Below, one piece after another: positions 55,906 through 64,000 of a DNA stretch of 64,000 bases. The stretch lies in the NCBI GenBank assembly GCA_050950285.1, contig JBMNHG010000008.1, forward strand, positions 186,001-250,000, read 5' to 3'. This DNA is from Kiritimatiellia bacterium. GTDB lineage: Bacteria > Verrucomicrobiota > Kiritimatiellia > RFP12 > JBMNHG01. A program made the translations under genes and the position numbers. The notes beneath the pieces were generated by a model. The model made no database searches. It saw only the letters and a list, made by a program, of their open reading frames with translations, and was not told the DNA's origin. Position 1 is the stretch's first letter, and every line of letters begins with the position of its first letter.

Positions 55906-58900
55906 ATGAAAGCAGCAGCAAACAAAGCCATCCGTCGCGGTCTTGGCTTTTTCCCCACAACTGTCATGGCCTTTTCGCTGGGCACCGCCGCCCTGGCCGC
56001 GCCGATCATCGACAACAATGCCGGCGCCTGGACGGACACGTACCACGACAACCTGGGCGTGCAGGACACCTCGAATACGGTTGTCGATTGCGTTTCGGGC
56101 AGCGTCAGGCTGGATGCGGGCCAGACCTCGGGCTCGTATGAGACGGTGCGCATCAAGCCGCCGGGTTTCAGCGCCTGGGGCAGGCTCAAGCTTTCCGGCG
56201 TCTGGTCGGCGCCCGCCGACGTTCAGGTGAGCGTGATCGATGCGGCTACCCGCGCGACCCTCCTTGGCCCTACTCCCTACACCGGCGCGATTCCGCTCGC
56301 GGGGATCGATCACGCGGCGCACCCGGAAGTGGCGGTCGTCGTGACGCTCGCGGAGGGCATGGTGTCGCCGATGGTCTCCGATCTGAGCATCACGTGGACG
56401 CCGTGTTCCCATCTGCTGCTCGACACGTCGGCCCCTGCGTCGGTGATGGCGGGCCAGCGGATTGTCTACCGCCTGCGCTACTCGGTCAACTGCGTCGAGG
56501 CCCGAAACCTCGTCGTGTGGGACAAGCTGCCGTGCGAGGCCGACGGCACGATGATCTATCCGGATGATTACGGGCAGGACGACAACGTCTCCTTTGTCGA
56601 GGCCTCGCAGGGCGGCGCCTACACGGCGGAACCGGTGACGGTATACGGCGTGGAGATCCCCGGTGGCAGCGTCTATTGGGATCTCGGGACCAAGCGGGAA
56701 GGCACGACCGAGACGCTCTGGTTTACCGTGGGCACGAAAAATGGCACGTTGAACGGCACCCGGGCGGTCAACAGCGCCAGCGCCACGGCCGACAATGCCG
56801 CCACGGTGCATTCTGCCGCGGCCGAAACGCAGATCGCCAGCCAGCCGGCCCCCAAAATCAAAAAGCACCCCGGGACCGGCATCTACACGCTTCAAAATGG
56901 CCATCACACCTTCCCCGACGCGCTGAACTATTTCATCATCGAGGTGCGGAACGAACGTCTTGGCGAAGGGCGCGAGACGATGTACGGTACCGTCGTCTAT
57001 GACGACCTCTCCAGCCTCATGGGCAAGATCGACCCCGACTTTGGCGGACCGGCCCTGCCGGTGGCGAACATCTCCCCCGCAGGCGGCTTCTATTCGCCGG
57101 CCTACACGCCGCCTTCCGGCGGGGCAACCTTCCCGGCGGTCGTCTGGACGAATTATCCGACGCTCGCATCCGGCGAGAAGTTTGTCGGTCACTTTGCGGT
57201 CAAGATGCTGGATGACGCTGCGCTTGGCGCCGATGGAAGCTACACCAATACCGCCTGGGTGGATTCGCAGAAGACCGATCCGATCCAGAGCTCCATGGAG
57301 GTGGCCTGGCCCGTGGAGGAGATCCCCTACGGCATTTTCGCCAAGGGCGACAATCTCGATGCCAAGTTCCAGATTACCGCGCTCGAGGACGATCGCGAGC
57401 TGTTCGTAAGGCCCGGCGATTCCTACCCGTACGGTCTCGTCGTCAACAACGCCGGCATCGTGGCGCTTAACGATGTCATTTTCGTCGACAGGATCCCCGA
57501 CGGCACCACCTTCAAGAGCGCCTGGTTCACCGATCCGTGGCTCCAGACCAACGCGGTGGTCTTCTATTCCACGGTCACGACGGCCGACACGAACACCCCG
57601 CCCGCCTATGGCGCGGCCAACGTGCCCGGCGATATCGACGTCGACGCCAACGACTACTGGAGCCCGGAGCCGCCCGCGGATCTTGCCGACGTCACGTGGG
57701 TGGCGTTCTACATCCCTGCCGTCAACGCCCATTATGCCGAACCCGGGTCGGACGGCTGGATCGACGGCGCGCCGCGCAGGTTCGCGGTCGGCTACTTCGA
57801 CGTGACGGTCAGCCCGACGTTCCTCGACCCCTACCCCTGCTTTGACAAGCTGATCGTCAACCGCGGCCATTTCAACGTGTTCGCCTATACGCCGCTGGCC
57901 GGCGGCGACAAGGTTCCCAAGAGGGTGTATGCGACAAACGACGAGACCACACGCGTGGCGATCGACAAGCCCAGGCTCGAGATCACCGCTCCCGGCACGG
58001 TGACGCCCCCGGTGCTTGGAGAGCCGGGCCAGCTCGCCTATTCCGTCAGCGTGACGAACGCGGGCACCGCCATGGCCGAGGACCTGCTCCTCGAGATGCG
58101 CTGGCCGAGTGTCAACGTCAACGGAGTCCGCCAGTATCTCTCCTTCGACAGCGTCTCGCCCGCCTCGATCCGCGAGTTTGATCCCGAGAACGGGCGCCTC
58201 GTCCTGGAGCTGGGCAATCTCGCCCCCGGCGCCGGGGTCACGGCGACGCTCAAGGCCACCGCTCCGGAGGGTCTCGCCTTCGGCCAGCAGCTCACCTTTT
58301 CCTCGACGGCCACGGCTGGATCGCTCTGCGCGCCCGCGCCGGCCTCCGACGTCGCCTCCGCCGTCACTCGCTTCGCGCCGCGCTTGAAGGTCTTCAAAAA
58401 CGACGTGCTCGACCTGATCCCCTCCGGTTCCACCGTCGATTACACGCTGACGGTCTTCAACACAGGCGACGCGCCTTCGCACGGCACCTTCGTGGTGGAC
58501 CGCATCCCCGACGAGATGGTGCCGGTCCACGCCACGGGCCCCAATGGCGAACGCGTGTGGTTCTCCGCCGCCGACAGCATCCCTCCGTCGTTCCTTACCG
58601 CCATGACGCCGATCGACGCCGCGACGATCGCGGCGAACTTCACGCTTGGCACGCAGGACGGCGATGTCTGGACCAGCCCCTTCGGCGAACAGGCCCGCTG
58701 GGTCGCCTGGGAGATGGATTGCGCGATCGGCGAGTCGAAGTTCTACCCCGTCGGCTGCGCGCACGCCGTCGGCCTGCGCCTCCGGAACGACCGCGACGGC
58801 CCCGGGCCGGGAACCGCGGGTTCGGCCGAGGGCACCCAGATTTTCAACACCGCAGGCGTCTTCTCCGACGAGCTCCTTCAAGCCGTCGGCAACGAGGTCG

Positions 58901-61900
58901 TGACGACCATCAAGGTCGCCCCGGGGATCCGCGTCGGGAAGACGGGGCCGGATGTCGTCAGCAAGGGCGACACCTTCACCTGGACGGTCGACTACTACAA
59001 CAACTCCGGCATGGATGACGACGTCGTGACGATCGAGGACATGCTGCCTGCAGACGTCGAGTTCCTCTCCGCGACGCACGCGTGGAATGCGCTCGCGACC
59101 ACCAACGGCGCACCCGCCGGCAACAGCGGGCTGTCCGTGCCGTCCACGGTCGAGACGCTTCCCGACGGCCGCACCCGCCTCGCCTTCCACATCGCCAGCA
59201 CGAACGGCGGCTACCGCGGCGCGAACGCGAAGCTGCTGACGGAGGAAGGCGGCACGCTGACGATCAACGTCCGCGCCAAGGCCGATCTGCCGAGCAACTC
59301 CGAACTGCTCAACCGCGCCACCGGCACGGCGGAGATCAACGACGAGACGACGACCTCGTCCGACGAGCACCTCGTGCTGGTGCGCAACGCCGAGATCCGC
59401 GTGCGCAAGGTCGCCGCGCCGGAACTCCCGGTTTCCGGCGACACGGTGACCTACAACCTCGTCGTCGGCAACGTCGGGCAGATGGCCGCGCGCGACCTCG
59501 TCATCACCGACCACCTCCCGGAGGGCGTCACCTTCGTGACGAATTCCGCCAGGGTGCTGACTGCGACCTACACGATCGGCCAGCCCGCCGTCTCCGGCGG
59601 CACCCTGACGTGGAGCACGGCCGGCGGCAACGCCTTGACCAGGACCGGCCTGCCCCCCGGCGAGCTGCCCGCGCGATCCGGCGACGTCGTGATCCAGTAC
59701 AAGGGCCTTGTCGGCTCGACGGTTCCGTCCGGCACGCATCTGCCCAACCGCGTCACGGTCGGCACCGTCACGCCTGAAGATGGCTTCGAGCCCAACGAGG
59801 ACGAAGCTTCGGTCGACACGCCGTACCCGGATGCCGTCATTCTCAAGAACGGCCCCGACATCGTCCAGCCGGGGGATCGCTTCGACTGGACGATGACCTA
59901 CTACAACGCCACGCGCCAGGCCGGCCAGAACGTCTACATCATCGACACCCTGCCGGACGCCGATGGCGACGGCGTCGCCGACGTGACTTTCGTCGAGCAG
60001 CGGGCCAAGGGCCCCGGAGCTGTGACGGCGTACTACCACACCAGCACGAACGCGACGGCGCCCGCCTTCAATCCGGCCGATCCGCTCGCGGGCGGCTGGA
60101 CGGCCGCCCCCGTCGTCCCCGTGCGCCACATCGCCTGGGTCGTCGGGACGCTGCCCGGCTCCGCAGGCCCCTACACCATCACCGTGACGGTGATCGCCAA
60201 GCCGGCAGCGGGAACGGAGCCTCTCGCGGCGGGCACGGCCCTGCACAACGCCGTCGAAATCGTCGTCTCCGGCATGGACGAGAACCCGGACAACAACACC
60301 GCCGGGCATACCGTGCGCACACCCTCCAACGACGTGGCGCTTACGAAGACCGGATCCAGCGAAGGGAAAACCCCCGGACTCGTGCCGGGCGATCCGATCG
60401 CCTACGAGATCGTCGTCGAGAACACCGGCACGGAAACCGCCTACGGCATCGAGGTCGCGGATATCCTGCCCGACGGCCTGCAGCTTGCAGGGGGTGGTGC
60501 CGCAGCCACCCTCGCACTCGTCGATGCCGATGGCGGGCCGGTGCTGCCGGTGGATGCCAACGGCAACGACATCGCCACGGCCGTGCCGCTGACGCGCACG
60601 GTCACGGCGGACGGCGTCGTCTGGTATTTTGGCTCGACGGATGCGGGCGGCGCGAACTACTACCGCAACGTCGGCATCCTCCCCGGCCAGAGGCAGGTCA
60701 TCACGCTCGAGGCCGTCGTCGCACCCGATGTCCCCAGCGGCGCGCGCCTTTTCAACACCGCCACCGTCACCCTCCGGAACCGCAACGATGCGGAGCCGCA
60801 GGAGGCGTATCTGGGCAACAACACCGACAGCAGCGAAACCGTGGTTTACCGCCCCGACGTCGCCGTGCGCAAGTCCGTCGTGGATGCCGCGACCGGGGAT
60901 GCCGGCTGGACCGAGGCCGGCGGCCTCCTCACCTACACCATCGAGTACAACAACCTCGGCGACACGGTGGCGAAGGATGCGGTCCTCTCCGAGATCGTCC
61001 CCGAAGGCACCACGCTCGTCTCGGTACGGAACCCCGCCGGAAGCACGGTGGCCTGCTACCCGGCAGAGGGCGCGGAGGCGCGGAGCTTCGATGTCCACCT
61101 CGGCGATCTCGGCCCCAACCCCAACAAGGCGGCCATGATGCACTATGCCGCGAAGGACGTCGTCATAACCACCAACAATCTGGGCTTGCTCTCGGCCGGC
61201 GATGAGTCGTTTCAGAGCATCGCGCCGATCGGGGATGTCAATGGCGATGGCATCCCCGACCTGATTGTCAGCGCGTACATCCACAACGATGAAGAAAACA
61301 ACCAAAGATCGGGTGGAGCCCGGGTGCTTCTGATGGACTCCGATGGCAGCGTCAAGGAAATCGTGCAACTAACCAACGGACACAGCGGCATCCCTCCTAG
61401 AACGTTTCAGCATATGGATGAGGTCGGCTTTTGCGTCGCGGGGCTAGGCGATGTCAATGGTGATGATGTGCCGGATGTGATCTTGTCCCAGACGAAAGGC
61501 GATGCAGGCAACAGCGTCGCGGGTGCTTTTATCATTCTGCTCAACACCAACGGGACCGCCCAGTCGGTCATCGAGCTGCATAACGGGAAGAACGGCGTTC
61601 CTCTGGAGTTTTTTGGCCTCAAAACCAGTTCAAACCCCAGTCTTTGGGGAGGCACGGATATGGATGGCGACGACATCCCCGATGTCTTCATCGGGGATTG
61701 CACGTATGAAAACCAGTTGGTTTTTTACCTCTTGCTGTTGGAGGAGAATGGTACCGTCAAGCGCGCCATCGACTACCGGCCGGGCACCAATGGCATCCCC
61801 CTGATTCCAGGAGGCGACCTGCGCCAGGAAAGCGAACCTGTCGTCATCGGCGATGTCGATGGCAATGGCGTGCCCGATCTCTTTATCGGTCATGAGTCCT

Positions 61901-64000
61901 TGACGGATAGCAGCGGTGGCGGTTTTGTCGTCCTGCTCGAAACGAACCTCGCCGCCAAGAGCGTCGTGCGCCTTTCCAATGGACAGGGCGGCATACCGGA
62001 CGGCTGCTTCAACTCCAACGCGTATGTGGGGGATCCTGTCTGTCCGCTTGGCGACTTTGACGGCGACGGCGTTCCCGATGTTCTGCTCGGCGCATCGGGT
62101 CTGACCGATGACAACGGTTCTGCGAGCGGCGGCGCGGTGATCCTGCTGCTTGAAACCAACGGGACGGTGAAGGCCGATGGCGTGATCAAGCTGGCCAATA
62201 TTGCTTCGGGCACGTCAATGATAAGCGACACGGAAATGGCTTATGATATCACGGGGTTTGTCAGAGTAGCCGGCGATGTCGATGGTGACGGCGTTACCGA
62301 TATCCTGCTTGGCGGCATATACGCAATCGTCGACCTCGATATTGGCTGGCTGACGGGATACTACGGGACCATGCGCCTGCTGCTGCTGAATCCCGACGGC
62401 ACCGTCAAGGCGGTCACGCTCATGACAAACGGCAAAGGCGGCATGCCCGAGCCCGCGACTCCCGATGGCTCGGTCGTGTCTCATAGCAGCGCTGTGGCGG
62501 GCGACATCAACGGGGACGGGATTCCCGATTATGTGTCTCTTACAGGCTTTAACTTGTTCAACCCAGAGGAATGCTTCGCATCTCTTTCGACCGTCATGCT
62601 GGGGCTCGTGCCGATGTCCGAGGCCGAGCAGGAGATCGCCTTCGGCGGCCCGGCCACGATCGTGCGCAGGCTTCAGGCCGGCGACGACATCGTGGCGTGG
62701 GACAAGCTGGCGCTCGTGGCGGATCTCCCCGCCGGCGCGTCGATCGCCTGCTCCATCGGACGCCTCGTGGACGGCAACCCCGTTTACGACCTCGGCCCCG
62801 CCTTCACGGACATCCCGTATCCACTCCCCCAGAGCGGGCTGGACATCTCGGCCATACCGGCTGGGAACAGGGATCTCTTCGTGAAGATGGCCTACACCGG
62901 CACCGAGCCGCTGACGGTGGACCATCTCTCGCTCTCCTACGCGGCATCCGACACGTGGCCGTCGTTCACCTTCACGGTGCTCGTGGACGATCCGGTCGCC
63001 GCCTGCGTGCTTCCGGACATCAACAACACCGTCACGATCAGCACCTCCACGCCCGAGAGCGACATCAGCAACAATACGGCCGAGGCCGACATCATGGTCA
63101 AAACCCTCGACCTCGAGGTGGCGAAGACCGCCGACGCGGTTGCGGTCGTGACGAACGATCTGGTGACGTTCACCCTCGCATGGCGCAACAACGGCCCGTC
63201 GCCCGCCGTCAACGCCGTGCTCGAGGATGTCCTGCCGGCCGGCCTGACCTTCGTGTCGTCCGAACCGCCGTACGACGCGGCGACCAACAACGTCTATTCC
63301 TGGAACCTCGGCGATGTCGCGGCCGGCGCCAGCGGCGTCGTCACCGTCGTCGCGCGCGTCGAGGCCGGCACCGAGGGCCGCACGCTCGTCAACGTCGCGC
63401 GCATCGGCAACGACCGCCAGGAGAGCGACTACACCAACAACGACGACTCCGTTCCGGTGGTCGTGAAGCCGCTCGCCAACGTCTGGATCCGGAAGTCCGG
63501 CCCCGCCACCGTTCGCCTCGGCGGCACGGCCGTCCATACCCTCGCCTACGGCAACAACGGCAACGCCGCCGCCGCGAACGTGGTGATCGCCGACACGCTG
63601 CCCGCCGGCATGACCTACGTCGGCGCCGTTCCGTCTGCCGCGATGACTTCGGACAATCCCAAGACCTGGTTTATCGGCACCCTTGCGGCCGGCGCCACCG
63701 GTACCGTCACCGTCACGGTCAGCGTGGACAACGACTTCGCCCTCTGCGGCACGCCGCTCGTCAACCAGGCCGAAATCACCACCGACGTCGGACCGAGGTG
63801 ACGCTCTCCGACAACACGGACGACCATTCCGTCGATCCCGTTGTCGTGCCCGCCTCGATCGGCGGCACCGTGTGGCACGACGCGAACCGCAACGCCACGA
63901 ACGACCTCGGCGAGGCGGGCATCGAGTCCGTGCGGATCGACCTCTACGAGGACGTGCCAACGGGAACGGCATCCTCGATGCCGGCGATGAATGGCTGGAC
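55906..64000 (+). CDS. Giant adhesin-like protein 4, tandem paralogue of protein 3; frameshifted near 63783-63794 and 63957 as given, homology runs off the window end
   Basis: Colinear with gene 3 from APIIDNN onwards; seven FG-GAP repeats at ~61230-62530; ORF stops at 63801 but DNA homology to 52850-53060 continues to 64000. Confidence 0.85.

Noticed and set aside
36088..61368. Very long minus-strand ORFs (36088-41739, 47716-54201, 55630-61368) and similar ones such as 10646-14332 and 29579-32920
   Set aside because: Antisense shadows of high-GC3 genes; no domain motifs, and the opposite strand encodes recognisable proteins.

Overview
High-GC bacterial window. The gene repertoire and repeat types suggest a PVC-superphylum organism such as Kiritimatiellota or Lentisphaerota (inference). 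1-23 kb is mostly core or lineage-typical: an aromatic-repeat protein, rpsB-tsf, a GntR regulator, a GT2, three secreted proteins, and a minus-strand run leuS - rfbA - DRTGG protein - CBS/RsbT-like kinase - ABC permease. 23-28 kb is an AT-richer scar region with two small lipoprotein genes (one behind a poly-C promoter), a 150-bp MITE, an IS5 remnant, a collapsed AbiEi/AbiEii toxin-antitoxin locus and an alpha/beta hydrolase. 28-32.6 kb is a VTC-domain / DUF4956 / CotH-kinase operon. 32.9-64 kb is a tandem array of four co-oriented secreted modular adhesin-like genes (about 2900, 760, 3030 and >2630 aa). The three complete ones end in a colinear, near-identical ~177-aa C-terminal module ending GFFRIVLQ, followed directly by a REP-like palindrome. 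Genes 3 and 4 are paralogues that differ most in a nested seven-bladed FG-GAP propeller. The best candidates for an undescribed system are (i) this shared C-terminal sorting/secretion module with exchangeable cargo domains and (ii) its neighbouring polyphosphate-polymerase/CotH-kinase operon. No tRNA, rRNA, CRISPR array, integrase or reverse transcriptase was seen. All family assignments come from motif recognition by eye; no database search was run.
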